A DNA stretch of 63,700 nucleotides, filler included, from Octopus bimaculoides (GCF_001194135.2; 7 parts of 6 records of this genome joined end to end with filler, not necessarily neighbours in it); one strand, 5' to 3'; positions 1-13,387 are shown, numbered from the whole stretch's first letter. Translations and numbers: made by a program. The notes: generated by a model from the sequence alone, not told the origin.

Positions 1-330
1 TAACAACACTACTACCATCATCACAAACGCCACCACCACCACCACCACCATCACCATCAAAACCACCACCAACGTCACCAGCGACAACTATCACCATCAC
101 CACTGCCACCATCAACATCACCACCAGCATCACCACCACCACCTCACCGCCACATAACCATTATAGCTACCATCAACACCTCCACGGCCACCAGCACTAC
201 CACCATCCTCGTCGCAACCACCCATCGCCATCGCCATAACGGTTGCTCCACCGCCTCCAAAATCACCAACACCACTGCCACCATCACCACCACCATCACC
301 GACATGCGCACCACGACAATCATAACCATG
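1..330. repeat. Cryptic (CAC/CAT)n trinucleotide low-complexity repeat
   Basis: Degenerate caccac/catcac runs; explains the V/M-rich tail of ORF 144..485. Confidence 0.9.
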
Positions 331-487
331 GCCATCTCTCCTCTTTTTTTGTCTCTTCTCTTCTTCACAAACAATTTTTGACCACGCTCCCTAAACCTCA
401 AACTCTCTGCCGGATTTGAATTTCCTTTTCTCAGACGCGATAAACCTGCGTGATCTCTTAGAATTTCCCTTCCTCTGGAATACACAC

Positions 488-574
488 CTTGAAGTATTGA
501 TATACTTCCATTCCCTTTGCTGTTCTTGAGACATGAAAACTGCGCTCATAATTGACTCCCAATTTCAATTTGCA
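488..574 (-). CDS. Candidate coding exon (CKLKLGVNYERSFHVSRTAKGMEVYQYFK), unknown protein, loosely beta-grasp/FERM-F1-like
   Basis: tttaag acceptor, 87 nt open in phase 0-0, AAG|GTGTGT donor; resemblance judged by eye only. Confidence 0.25.
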
Positions 575-789
575 CTTAAATCATAATACATTGTATAAAA
601 TTTAATAGACCCCAAAAGAAAGCTACTTCAACACGAAACTACGTAAAATGCAGTATATTTTCATATATCTGTCCGTCTGTCTATCTATCTGTCTGTCTGT
701 CTGTCTCTCTGTCTATCTATCTATCTATCTATCTATCTATCGATCTATCTATCTGTCTATCTATCTATGCAGTATAGTCTCATTTCTCT

Positions 790-1100
790 TTTAGATCTAT
801 TGGCAACCTCAACTACAGCAAATCAGAGTTCACCAGCTGATTGAACGTGACCAAGTCATTCGTGCTGAGACTCCAGTAAAAACTGGAGGCTTCAGGTGAG
901 GACCTGTATTCCTTGGCCAAGAGAGACCAATATTCTCTGTGATCAGCAGTCATCAATCAGAATGAGATCTATCGGTTATATAAAGCAGCACTGCCTTGAC
1001 CCGTTGACGGATAGCGCAGATCATTCTACGATGTTCTACTTGATGGTGGGTGATGTATTGTTGGCCTTCAGATCCCAGATATGGTTATCTGTCCTTTTTA
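790..1100 (-). mobile_element. Penelope-like element remnant (GIY-YIG endonuclease C-terminal part), decayed
   Basis: Minus frame NHIWDLKANNTSPTIK*NIVE*SALSVNGSRQC matches the PLE pattern (S/K)xIWxLKxNNxxYxIKWxIxxRAxxYxNxSKxC; the stops are TGG>TAG and CGA>TGA type. Confidence 0.7.
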
Positions 1101-1115
1101 AATCTAATAACTCAC

Positions 1116-1170
1116 CCGGTCTACCGACATACTGAATTTTAGATCCGAAATTTTCACAAAGGGTAAGAAT
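1116..1170 (-). CDS. Candidate small coding exon (ILTLCENFGSKIQYVGRP or FLPFVKISDLKFSMSVDR)
   Basis: ttatttag acceptor, CGG|GTGAGT donor, two frames open. Confidence 0.2.
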
Positions 1171-1939
1171 CTAAATAAGTTTCTATTATTGAACTGGAAA
1201 ATTTCACCGTCTCCAAATTAAGCAAACAATCTCGCAAATTTTAAACTTTTCCCGTTGAATTAATTACACTAAGCATATTAATTGCCATTCTAATNNNNNN
1301 NNNNNNNNNNNNNNNNNNNNNNNNNNNNNNNNNNNNNNNNNNNNNNNNNNNNNNNNNNNNNNNNNNNNNNNNNNNNNNNNNNNNNNNNNNNNNNNNNNNN
1401 NNNNNNNNNNNNNNNNNNNNNNNNNNNNNNNNNNNNNNNNNNNNNNNNNNNNNNNNNNNNNNNNNNNNNNNNNNNNNNNNNNNNNNNNNNNNNNNNNNNN
1501 NNNNNNNNNNNNNNNNNNNNNNNNNNNNNNNNNNNNNNNNNNNNNNNNNNNNNNNNNNNNNNNNNNNNNNNNNNNNNNNNNNNNNNNNNNNNNNNNNNNN
1601 NNNNNNNNNNNNNNNNNNNNNNNNNNNNNNNNNNNNNNNNNNNNNNNNNNNNNNNNNNNNNNNNNNNNNNNNNNNNNNNNNNNNNNNNNNNNNNNNNNNN
1701 NNNNNNNNNNNNNNNNNNNNNNNNNNNNNNNNNNNNNNNNNNNNNNNNNNNNNNNNNNNNNNNNNNNNNNNNNNNNNNNNNNNNNNNNNNNNNNNNNNNN
1801 NNNNNNNNNNNNNNNNNNNNNNNNNNNNNNNNNNNNNNTATATATATATATATATATATATATGCATGTATATGTATGCGTGTGCGCATTTATAGAACAT
1901 ATATAAGGAAGGGGATGGCGAAATGTAAATCAAACTTAC

Positions 1940-1992
1940 ACGGTTTTCTTTTAGTAATTGCATATTATTAGTCTCCCCAGGAAATGTGCATA
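1940..1992 (-). CDS. Candidate small coding exon (xCTFPGETNNMQLLKENR)
   Basis: tttaaacacag acceptor, CGT|GTAAGT donor, only one frame open. Confidence 0.25.
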
Positions 1993-2773
1993 CTGTGTTT
2001 AAACAGCAGGTCTTTTATTCCCATGTAAAAAAAAAATGATCGACATAACCAGTTTCAATACTTCTTTCTGCCTCATCAGACATTAGTTGTTCATTTTCGT
2101 AAGAGAGTATTAGATTATGTCTATATATAGTCCTCGCAAACAAGGGCAGAACAGTTTTGGTTTGCCCTAATTTCTATCTATTACAGTAATACAAGCCTGG
2201 GTGGCCGGATTGAATTTATTAATAGAAGCACAAACGACATGTATTGCCTTTGTTAAAGCGATAACAAACGATCTGCTTTTTAGCCTCATAAGGAAAATAA
2301 GCAGTTTTACGTTATTTATTTTTCATTGTAATGCTAAGTGGATTTGTTAATGCTCCTAAATGCATGATATTTTTTTGCACGAACAGCGTTGCTGAATTAA
2401 TTAAAAATTAATACGAATGTATATATGCATCTATCTATCTATCTACGTGTGTGTGTTCATATACCTTGTATACATATATGCACGCATGCATACCATCAAC
2501 ATATATACACACATGCTTTCAGATGAGTAAATTTTCCTGTGGCTGTGCAATTTAATGCATATTCATGATTACATATACAACGCTTGTTGTACATGTACGA
2601 ATATATGTATGTATATATGCACGAACGTACACGCACACACACACACACACACACACGCACACACACACACACACACACATATATAGCTAGCTATATGCCT
2701 ATCTATCTACCTATAATTATATATATATATACATTCATGCATATACATATACATAAAATATATACATATATCC

Positions 2774-2816
<43 letters not shown>

Positions 2817-3172
2817 CCCACATGTATCAATATATATATATCTATCTATCTACCTACCTACCTATCAATCTGTCTGTCTGTCTGTCTGTCTGTATGTATG
2901 TATGCATGCATTTTTGTATGCATGCATGTATGTAGAAGCAGTACAAACGTTCCCACCAACACATTCCTTGCATGCAACGTGTACAGCTGGGCAGGGCTGT
3001 GTAAACGAAATCGCTTGTCTTTCGGTCGTACTCACTACTGGTAGATGACAGAATCAAATAGATTTGTTATTTCATGTAGTTACGCCCTTCAATGTCCTAA
3101 CTTCACAACTGACTCTGATCAAATTTCCATTTTATTGTATCCTTCCTGGATCGATATAATTCTTTCTACAAG

Positions 3173-3320
3173 TCGCAGGCGTGGCCGTGTGATAAAGAGC
3201 TTCATTACCAACCACATAGTTCCGAGTTCAGTCTTAATGTGCGACACCTCTTCTACTATAGGCTGGGACCAACCAAACCTTTCTGAGTGGAACTGATAGG
3301 AAAGGATCCCACGGTATATA
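3173..3320 (+). mobile_element. tRNA-derived SINE, family B head (CORE-like), degenerate
   Basis: gcaggcgtggccgtgtg...ttccgagttcagtc...tcttctactatag; homologous to the copy at 39434-39596. Confidence 0.8.
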
Positions 3321-4482
3321 TATATATATANNNNNNNNNNNNNNNNNNNNNNNNNNNNNNNNNNNNNNNNNNNNNNNNNNNNNNNNNNNNNNNNNNNNNN
3401 NNNNNNNNNNNNNNNNNNNNNNNNNNNNNNNNNNNNNNNNNNNNNNNNNNNNNNNNNNNNNNNNNNNNNNNNNNNNNNNNNNNNNNNNNNNNNNNNNNNN
3501 NNNNNNNNNNNNNNNNNNNNNNNNNNNNNNNNNNNNNNNNNNNNNNNNNNNNNNNNNNNNNNNNNNNNNNNNNNNNNNNNNNNNNNNNNNNNNNNNNNNN
3601 NNNNNNNNNNNNNNNNNNNNNNNNNNNNNNNNNNNNNNNNNNNNNNNNNNNNNNNNNNNNNNNNNNNNNNNNNNNNNNNNNNNNNNNNNNNNNNNNNNNN
3701 NNNNNNNNNNNNNNNNNNNNNNNNNNNNNNNNNNNNNNNNNNNNNNNNNNNNNNNNNNNNNNNNNNNNNNNNNNNNNNNNNNNNNNNNNNNNNNNNNNNN
3801 NNNNNNNNNNNNNNNNNNNNNNNNNNNNNNNNNNNNNNNNNNNNNNNNNNNNNNNNNNNNNNNNNNNNNNNNNNNNNNNNNNNNNNNNNNNNNNNNNNNN
3901 NNNNNNNNNNNNNNNNNNNNNNNNNNNNNNNNNNNNNNNNNNNNNNNNNNNNNNNNNNNNNNNNNNNNNNNNNNNNNNNNNNNNNNNNNNNNNNNNNNNN
4001 NNNNNNNNNNNNNNNNNNNNNNNNNNNNNNNNNNNNNNNNNNNNNNNNNNNNNNNNNNNNNNNNNNNNNNNNNNNNNNNNNNNNNNNNNNNNNNNNNNNN
4101 NNNNNNNNNNNNNNNNNNNNNNNNNNNNNNNNNNNNNNNNNNNNNNNNNNNNNNNNNNNNNNNNNNNNNNNNNNNNNNNNNNNNNNNNNNNNNNNNNNNN
4201 NNNNNNNNNNNNNNNNNNNNNNNNNNNNNNNNNNNNNNNNNNNNNNNNNNNNNNNNNNNNNNNNNNNNNNNNNNNNNNNNNNNNNNNNNNNNNNNNNNNN
4301 NNNNNNNNNNNNNNNNNACAAGATTATTTATTTCTACAAACGTAATAATAAAAAATATGAATGAAAAAATTATGAATGGAAAAAATTATGAATGAAAAAA
4401 TTAGGAAAGAAAAAATTATTAAGAATAAAAGTTAATTGAGTTTTTTACCTGTAATTTTGGATTTTGTCCCTAATATTATTAT

Positions 4483-4519
<37 letters not shown>

Positions 4520-4604
4520 GTGTGTGTGTGTCTGCGTATATGTGTGTGTGTTTTATAGTGTGTGTGTCTGCGTATGTGTGTGCGTGTTGGTGTCTGTGTT
4601 GGCA

Positions 4605-4895
4605 CTAATGACCATGGGATTGCGGCTAGAAATTTCCCCTTCAAGGCACAAGACCGGGCAAGGTTGTTTATGGAAGAACAGCAGCCGCCCATGCATACAA
4701 GTACTCCTTCTCCTTGTTATCCAGTGGAAAAGCAAAGACCGATACAGTTTGTCGCCACTAACATCGCAACTCATTACTACAGAGTTCACTGGCACAACTA
4801 AAGTGTCTTGCCTATGAACACATCACATAGCTCGGTCCGGAGATCGAACTCACGATCGTGAGCCCGACGCTCTAACCACTGAGCCATGCGGCCTT
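4605..4895 (-). mobile_element. tRNA-derived CORE-like SINE, family C
   Basis: Reverse complement starts GCATGGCTCAGTGGTTAGAGCGTCGGGCTCACGATC..GAGTTCGATC (A/B boxes); homologous to 8627-8781 and 42985-43316. Confidence 0.85.
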
Positions 4896-5124
4896 ACATA
4901 TATCTCCAGTTATGGCGTACTAGATATTTTAATCTATGTATTTTCCATGTGTTCATGTTTAGACTTACGCCATAGGTCCGTATAATTTACGATCGTTTTA
5001 ATTTATTCGCTGATCGTTAAGCACTTTCAAGAAATTAATCTTCGCTCAGACATTTTGAGGATGCACTTTGTCGAGTTCTCGAGGGTCTTATTGCAACACA
5101 TTCTCTTTCTTTCCTCCTCTCTTC

Positions 5125-5166
<42 letters not shown>

Positions 5167-5261
5167 CTCTATTCCGTGCATATTTATTTAAATAAAGTAG
5201 TTAAGGAGTTATATAATAATCTGTATTCTTAGTTCGTTAGATCTTATATTCTAATTACATA

Positions 5262-5301
<40 letters not shown>

Positions 5302-5934
5302 NNNNNNNNNNNNNNNNNNNNNNNNNNNNNNNNNNNNNNNNNNNNNNNNNNNNNNNNNNNNNNNNNNNNNNNNNNNNNNNNNNNNNNNNNNNNNNNNNNN
5401 NNNNNNNNNNNNNNNNNNNNNNNNNNNNNNNNNNNNNNNNNNNNNNNNNNNNNNNNNNNNNNNNNNNNNNNNNNNNNNNNNNNNNNNNNNNNNNNNNNNN
5501 NNNNNNNNNNNNNNNNNNNNNNNNNNNNNNNNNNNNNNNNNNNNNNNNNNNNNNNNNNNNNNNNNNNNNNNNNNNNNNNNNNNNNNNNNNNNNNNNNNNN
5601 NNNNNNNNNNNNNNNNNNNNNNNNNNNNNNNNNNNNNNNNNNNNNNNNNNNNNNNNNNNNNNNNNNNNNNNNNNNNNNNNNNNNNNNNNNNNNNNNNNNN
5701 NNNNNNNNNNNNNNNNNNNNNNNNNNNNNNNNNNNNNNNNNNNNNNNNNNNNNNNNNNNNNNNNNNNNNNNNNNNNNNNNNNNNNNNNNNNNNNNNNNNN
5801 NNNNNNNNNNNNNNNNNNNNNNNNNNNNNNNNNNNNNNNNNNNNNNNNNNNNNNNNNNNNNNNNNNNNNNNNNNNNNNNNNNNNNNNNNNNNNNNNNNNN
5901 NNNNNNNNNNNNNNNNNNNNNNNNNNNNNNNNNN

Positions 5935-5989
<55 letters not shown>

Positions 5990-6000
5990 GTCTGTGTGTG

Positions 6001-6032
<32 letters not shown>

Positions 6033-6451
6033 GGTGAGTGTGTATGTATATGCATGTATGTATAGATAAAATAAATGAGAGATATGGAGGAAATAGATAC
6101 ATATTCTGTAAGTACAACATGAATATCATCTTAATGCTCTAACTTTAGAAAATAACGCGTAAAGATATGAAATATTCATATTTCGGTGTATGTACATTAA
6201 TGTAAGAACAACAAATACCATGTAGCATAGCATATTAAAATGTAATAAAAAAAAAAAAATCCAATTCATGCTATATATACATACATATATCGTAATATAT
6301 GTTCATGTATATTGTGCATGCATTATTTCTGTATACACAAATGTTTGAACATGTGTGTGGGTATCAATGTGTGTGTGTGTGTATGTGTGAGTATGTGCTC
6401 TCCATATTACGACCAGCTATTACTGGAGGTAGTATTAAAGCTTAAAGTACA

Positions 6452-6494
<43 letters not shown>

Positions 6495-6547
6495 GTGAGT
6501 ATGTGTGTGTTATAATGTGTGAGTCTGTGTATATATATATATATATA

Positions 6548-6647
6548 NNNNNNNNNNNNNNNNNNNNNNNNNNNNNNNNNNNNNNNNNNNNTTAATTAAT
6601 TAANNNNNNNNNNNNNNNNNNNNNNNNNNNNNNNNNNNNNNNNNNNN
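6548..6647. other. Artificial 100-bp scaffolding spacer N44-TTAATTAATTAA-N44 (also 15731-15830, 45209-45308, 50576-50675, 59208-59307, 61884-61983)
   Basis: Six identical 44+12+44 structures; the 12-mer is palindromic with stops in all six frames. Confidence 0.95.
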
Positions 6648-7818
6648 ATATATATATATATATTTATATATATATATATACACATATATGTGTGTGTGTG
6701 TGTGTATACATGTTTATATATATATATAAATACACATATATATACATATATATACATATATATATACGTATGTATATATGTACGTATGTAATGTATGTAT
6801 TACGTACGTATGTGTGTGTGCCTTCAATGTTGGCAATAAAGCGATTTTAATATGATAATCCAATATCGTTAATTACACTGAAATTTGTGTGAATTATTAT
6901 TATGATTATTATTATTATTATTATTATTGTTATTATTATGCTTGGGTAATAGTGTGTGATTTTAAATGTAAATCCACACAAAAACGTGAGAGCGACAGAG
7001 GAAGAAAGGAGAGAGGGGACGAAATAAAGAAGAGAAACAAAGACTCTACGTGTGTCTAAAAGTTCTTCTAGACAGGATAGTATTGTGTATGTTTATGGAA
7101 ATACATAATTCAGAAATGTTCATAGGGAAAACAAAGCAATTTTAACAGATTTTTATAAATAACTCACAGAAGAAATACATATTTTTTGGGGATCTATCTA
7201 TAATTTACATGTGACTGTATCTATTCGCAGGTCTTTGCATATATGACGATGTGGCATAGACGGACTCATCCAGTTGTACTTAATCGCGAAATAAATTTAA
7301 TGCTTTTATAATATTTACACAAGTATAGCCTTAAAAATTGAAGAATTTAATCTCCCTAAGACATAAACGTTATGTTATAGTGACATGTCTTTTTGTATTT
7401 TACGGTCAACAATACACTTTAATCCATGAGCTTTGAGACTAACGTTTTATTATAAATTTTTATTATAACAAGTTCATAACACAATGTTACCCACCATATT
7501 TTGTGACTTTGTCTTGACAGGTGAGAGACTATGATTCTGGATCAGGCGAAAGCTAGTTACTTTCTTTTGTGTTCATACGATTATGAAAAATCGGTTGTAT
7601 CTCCATTTCTGATATATTAAGTGAGCGGGGCAGCCCCATTTCGTACGCCGTTGTCTGTACTTTGCATGCTGCAGTTTGAGCGTCAGCCAATGTATAACGG
7701 TGAGTGCGCTAGTGTGTCATATATATGCATATATACGTATGTGTGTGTGTGAGTGTGTATCTCCTCCTCCATACGCACATCTCTTTCTTTCTTTCTTTCT
7801 CTTTCTCTCTCTCTCTGT

Positions 7819-7867
<49 letters not shown>

Positions 7868-8572
7868 NNNNNNNNNNNNNNNNNNNNNNNNNNNNNNNNN
7901 NNNNNNNNNNNNNNNNNNNNNNNNNNNNNNNNNNNNNNNNNNNNNNNNNNNNNNNNNNNNNNNNNNNNNNNNNNNNNCGATCTTATATATATGTATTAAT
8001 TTATGTTGGTATTGTTATGGTCAATCTACGGTTTAACAGCAATGAATTCTACATAGGCCATTGGATGTACATATATAGGTAAACATCACACACGAATATC
8101 AAGAGTAAAATTGAAAGCAAAGAGGAAACAAAAATGTCACACGGAGACAGATAGGTGATATCACGTGTCTGAATACAGTAAGAATAGAAAGAAAAACAAA
8201 CAAGAAAGAATTGTAAAATGACGCTTAATACAACAAAGAATGAAACAGAAGAGAAAATTGACTCTCAAGTGATATAGTCCAAAGAGAAAAGTAGAAAAAA
8301 ACCCATTGAGATGTAGGAGAAAGAGAGAAAAAAATGTGTAAGCTACTAGAGAAGGTATCTGTTCATATGGGAGGCCTCGGGCGAGAACTCTTGTAAAGTC
8401 TTTGGTTGCTGCTATTAACTTTTATATTTCTACGCGTTTCAGGCAGTGCATTTGCTCGTCTGACACCATGTGGTATTTTGGGTTGTTTGTTTTCCGCTTT
8501 GTCTCAAATTTTCGCCGTGTTATTTGTGATATATATATATGCGTGTGTGTGTGTGATTGTGTGTGAGTATGT

Positions 8573-8620
<48 letters not shown>

Positions 8621-8626
8621 ATATGT

Positions 8627-8781
8627 GAAGGTGCTTGGCTCAGTAGTTAGAGCGTCGAGCTTACGATCGTGAGGTGGTGAGTTCGATTCTCGGACTGGGC
8701 TGCGTGTTGTGTTCTTGGGTAAGACACTTTATTTCACGTTGCTCCATGTAACTCGGTTGTAGAAGTGAGTTGCGACATCAC
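8627..8781 (+). mobile_element. tRNA-derived CORE-like SINE, family C (cut by gap)
   Basis: tggctcagtagttagagc...gagttcgattc, then gttcttgggtaagacactttatttcacgttgctcc. Confidence 0.85.
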
Positions 8782-9179
8782 NNNNNNNNNNNNNNNNNNN
8801 NNNNNNNNNNNNNNNNNNNNNNNNNNNNNNNNNNNNNNNNNNNNNNNNNNNNNNNNNNNNNNNNNNNNNNNNNNNNNNNNNNNNNNNNNNNNNNNNNNNN
8901 NNNNNNNNNNNNNNNNNNNNNNNNNNNNNNNNNNNNNNNNNNNNNNNNNNNNNNNNNNNNNNNNNNNNNNNNNNNNNNNNNNNNNNNNNNNNNNNNNNNN
9001 NNNNNNNNNNNNNNNNNNNNNNNNNNNNNNNNNNNNNNNNNNNNNNNNNNNNNNNNNNNNNNNNNNNNNNNNNNNNNNNNNNNNNNNNNNNNNNNNNNNN
9101 NNNNNNNNNNNNNNNNNNNNNNNNNNNNNNNNNNNNNNNNNNNNNNNNNNNNNNNNNNNNNNNNNNNNNNNNNNNNNNN

Positions 9180-9250
<71 letters not shown>

Positions 9251-9331
9251 CAATTAAATAATGAGTGTAGAAATTAATATTAATCAATTAACATATTTAA
9301 AAAATCCGAAGATAAAAATTTATATTACATA

Positions 9332-9666
9332 CAAATTAAGTGGAATGACCACTAAAGTGGACTCCTGATATGCTAAATATAGACGTTTTATACACGCTCT
9401 CTTTCGGGTGAGCGTTCTGTGTCTAGTTCTGGAAATTGTGTTTTGTAAGCAACAGACTACGCTGTGGAGTTTGCAGATATTTACATTCGTACGTATTAAC
9501 AAACGAAATCATGGTACGCAGGTAATCGTGTTTTATTTCGTATATTTTCATTTATCTTGCTCACTTTTATATTCTGGAATTTGCTGAAACTCTTCGTGGT
9601 AAGGCGATTTCAGGTCTATCTTAAGCATATTAGGAATCCACCTTGGTGGTCATTCCTCTTAATTTG
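9332..9666. mobile_element. MITE / non-autonomous Tc1-mariner-type DNA transposon
   Basis: 53-bp terminal inverted repeats (9332-9384 vs 9614-9666, 46/53 identical) flanked by TA on both sides; no ORF. Confidence 0.8.
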
Positions 9667-10811
9667 TATATATATATACAAATTGTATTTAAAACAAAGA
9701 TAATTTAAAACAATGATAATTTATGTAAGCTGTTTTTTGTATATAATATACATGTTATTATAATGGAGGAAGGGAGGATTATTGAATGGTTATTATTTTG
9801 ATATTTTTAATAATTTTTCTATATTTATAAAATAAGTATTTCATATTAATTCATTTGGTACTTATTGTTGGTTGAGATATATATATCTAATTATTGTTCT
9901 ACTTAAGATCTGATGATTAGCTATATTTTTGAATAGAATTTAATTTTCGATAATTTCAATTGATTTTAATCGATTTAAATTTCCTTTCTATTTGAAAATT
10001 AATTATGAAACACGTGTAATCATTTTATTATATTTATCTTATGATNNNNNNNNNNNNNNNNNNNNNNNNNNNNNNNNNNNNNNNNNNNNNNNNNNNNNNN
10101 NNNNNNNNNNNNNNNNNNNNNNNNNNNNNNNNNNNNNNNNNNNNNNNNNNNNNNNNNNNNNNNNNNNNNNNNNNNNNNNNNNNNNNNNNNNNNNNNNNNN
10201 NNNNNNNNNNNNNNNNNNNNNNNNNNNNNNNNNNNNNNNNNNNNNNNNNNNNNNNNNNNNNNNNNNNNNNNNNNNNNNNNNNNNNNNNNNNNNNNNNNNN
10301 NNNNNNNNNNNNNNNNNNNNNNNNNNNNNNNNNNNNNNNNNNNNNNNNNNNNNNNNNNNNNNNNNNNNNNNNNNNNNNNNNNNNNNNNNNNNNNNNNNNN
10401 NNNNNNNNNNNNNNNNNNNNNNNNNNNNNNNNNNNNNNNNNNNNNNNNNNNNNNNNNNNNNNNNNNNNNNNNNNNNNNNNNNNNNNNNNNNNNNNNNNNN
10501 NNNNNNNNNNNNNNNNNNNNNNNNNNNNNNNNNNNNNNNNNNNNNNNNNNNNNNNNNNNNNNNNNNNNNNNNNNNNNNNNNNNNNNNNNNNNNNNNNNNN
10601 NNNNNNNNNNNNNNNNNNNNNNNNNNNNNNNNNNNNNNNNNNNNNNNNNNNNNNNNNNNNNNNNNNNNNNNNNNNNNNNNNNNNNNNNNNNNNNNNNNNN
10701 NNNNNNNNNNNNNNNNNNNNNNNNNNNNNNNNNNNNNNNNNNNNNNNNNNNNNNNNNNNNNNNNNNNNNNNNNNNNNNNNNNNNNNNNNNNNNNNNNNNN
10801 NNNNNNNNNNN

Positions 10812-10846
<35 letters not shown>

Positions 10847-11635
10847 TATGTATATATATATACATATATATGTATGTATATATATACATACATATATAGA
10901 TGTATGTGTAGATATATATACACACACATATATAATAGCATGTATATATATAGATATATATATACGTATTATGTATGTGTATATATATGTGTATGTATGA
11001 GTGGGTGGGTGTATGTGCGTTTATGTATGTTAAATCGTGTGCCTTGTACGCATGTCTGCACTTGTGTATACAGTATTCAGTGTAATTTACGTTAGTATAA
11101 ATGATCTAAGTAAAAGATATATTTTATGTAGATCGATAACCACTTACATATACTACATCATATATATATGTATCTACATTTCCCTCTATACTTCCATGTT
11201 ATCCTTCACTCTCTCTGTCTTTATCAATTTGTCTATATATCTATATATCTATCTATCTATCTATATATATATAAATATATGCTGATAGGTATATATATAA
11301 GTGTATGTATTTATATGCTGATAGATAAACGTGTGTAAATGCATATGTACGTGTATTGTATGCTTATGTGATTTTTGATACATAAGGAGATAAATACATT
11401 CACATCCAATCTCATAGTCGTAAATACATATTTGCATCAGCGTTTTGGTTTCAACTGAATATACGCGAATATATGCATATATTTGCATGAGGGATATAAA
11501 CATGAATATCCAAATATATTCATAAGTACCTTACCGATAAATCAACGCAGCATGCTAAATTGAATGTTCAAGATACCGAGATGTAAAAACTTTATAAATC
11601 TTTAGTCACACATACTCACACCCACACATGCAAAC

Positions 11636-11688
<53 letters not shown>

Positions 11689-12581
11689 AGTATGTAGTAC
11701 ATACCCTTTACACACACTACACAAAATCGTAAATGCACATATAATTACGACATATGTTCCAATTACTCAACAAAACTCTGTAGTTATGTAATTTTATGCA
11801 TGTGAATTCCTTAAAATCAGTCCTGTTTCACTATCCTTTGGTTCTGTATTTGTGCAGTTTAGATTCGTCTTCACAAAGATGAGACCGCCATAAGAAATTG
11901 GGGGACACCACTAATGACTTCATATATATATANNNNNNNNNNNNNNNNNNNNNNNNNNNNNNNNNNNNNNNNNNNNNNNNNNNNNNNNNNNNNNNNNNNN
12001 NNNNNNNNNNNNNNNNNNNNNNNNNNNNNNNNNNNNNNNNNNNNNNNNNNNNNNNNNNNNNNNNNNNNNNNNNNNNNNNNNNNNNNNNNNNNNNNNNNNN
12101 NNNNNNNNNNNNNNNNNNNNNNNNNNNNNNNNNNNNNNNNNNNNNNNNNNNNNNNNNNNNNNNNNNNNNNNNNNNNNNNNNNNNNNNNNNNNNNNATATA
12201 TATATAGCATTAGTGTTCTGCTTTATGGAAGTGATTTAAATGAAGGTTTCATGACTTCAATGTGATTTAAATGAAGGTAACAATCGCCTTCAATGTCACC
12301 ATGCAAGATTTGAGTTACCTAAGTGTAATATTGCAACCTGTAACTTGAGAGCATACATTCACTTTTATACATTGAGTTGCTTATTAGTGTACACGAGAGT
12401 AATTTGCATAGAACATAAATTATGTGATACGAACTTGATGAATAGAAAATTTTGAGATAGGAAATAGTAAAAGATCTGCTGGTGATTTTTCAAGAAGAAT
12501 CCACTAAAAAATAAAGGTACAGGAATTAATTCCGTACATATAGCTTAGCAGAAGTTTGGTAGGTGTAATCATCCATTGAGC

Positions 12582-12702
<121 letters not shown>

Positions 12703-13050
12703 ACACACATATACACACACACACACACGCACTCAAGCGGGTGCACTATGTATGTTGATATCATCCATTCATTAGAATATTCAAATATCTTCATCTATTC
12801 ATGTGCGAGAACACGTAGTATTTTCATGCCTTAATACCATATGTATAAAGCATGTGAACCTGCGCTTCTTGAAAATGTTAATGTTGCTGGATAGTTTATT
12901 GCCAGTCCCTCATTTTTTTAAATAAGATGCCAAATTCATTATATAAGCAATAAAATAAAATACTCTGGTCAACTGGCCTTAGTATATTGAGCAATAAATA
13001 CAGATGGAAGTCTCTCTAAGGTTTTACCAATTCCAATATATTATTAAAAC

Positions 13051-13247
13051 AAGGCGGCGAACTGGTAGAAACGTTAGCACGCCGGGCGAAATTCTTAGCA
13101 GTATATCATGTTTTCTTCTAAGTTCAAATTCCACCGAGGTCGACTTTGCATTTCATCCTTCTTGGGTGGATAAATTAATTACTGGTTTCGATCTAATCGA
13201 CTGGCTTCCTCTCCCAAAATTTCGGGCCTTGTGCCTGGAGTAGAAAA
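13051..13247 (+). mobile_element. tRNA-derived SINE, family A
   Basis: aaggcggcgaactggtagaa...agttcaaattccaccgaggtcgactttg...gtgcctggagtagaaaa; about ten homologous copies in the window. Confidence 0.85.
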
Positions 13248-13328
13248 CAATATTGAGTATTAAATGAGTGTGTGTATAGTATGTATGCATATCTATCTAT
13301 TACCCTAACTCTTGCTCTCTCACTCTCA

Positions 13329-13387
<59 letters not shown>

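Noticed and set aside
8627-8700. tRNA-like sequences (also 4830-4895, 43250-43316, 55715-55785)
   Set aside because: They continue into shared non-tRNA bodies and have no complete cloverleaf; these are SINE heads
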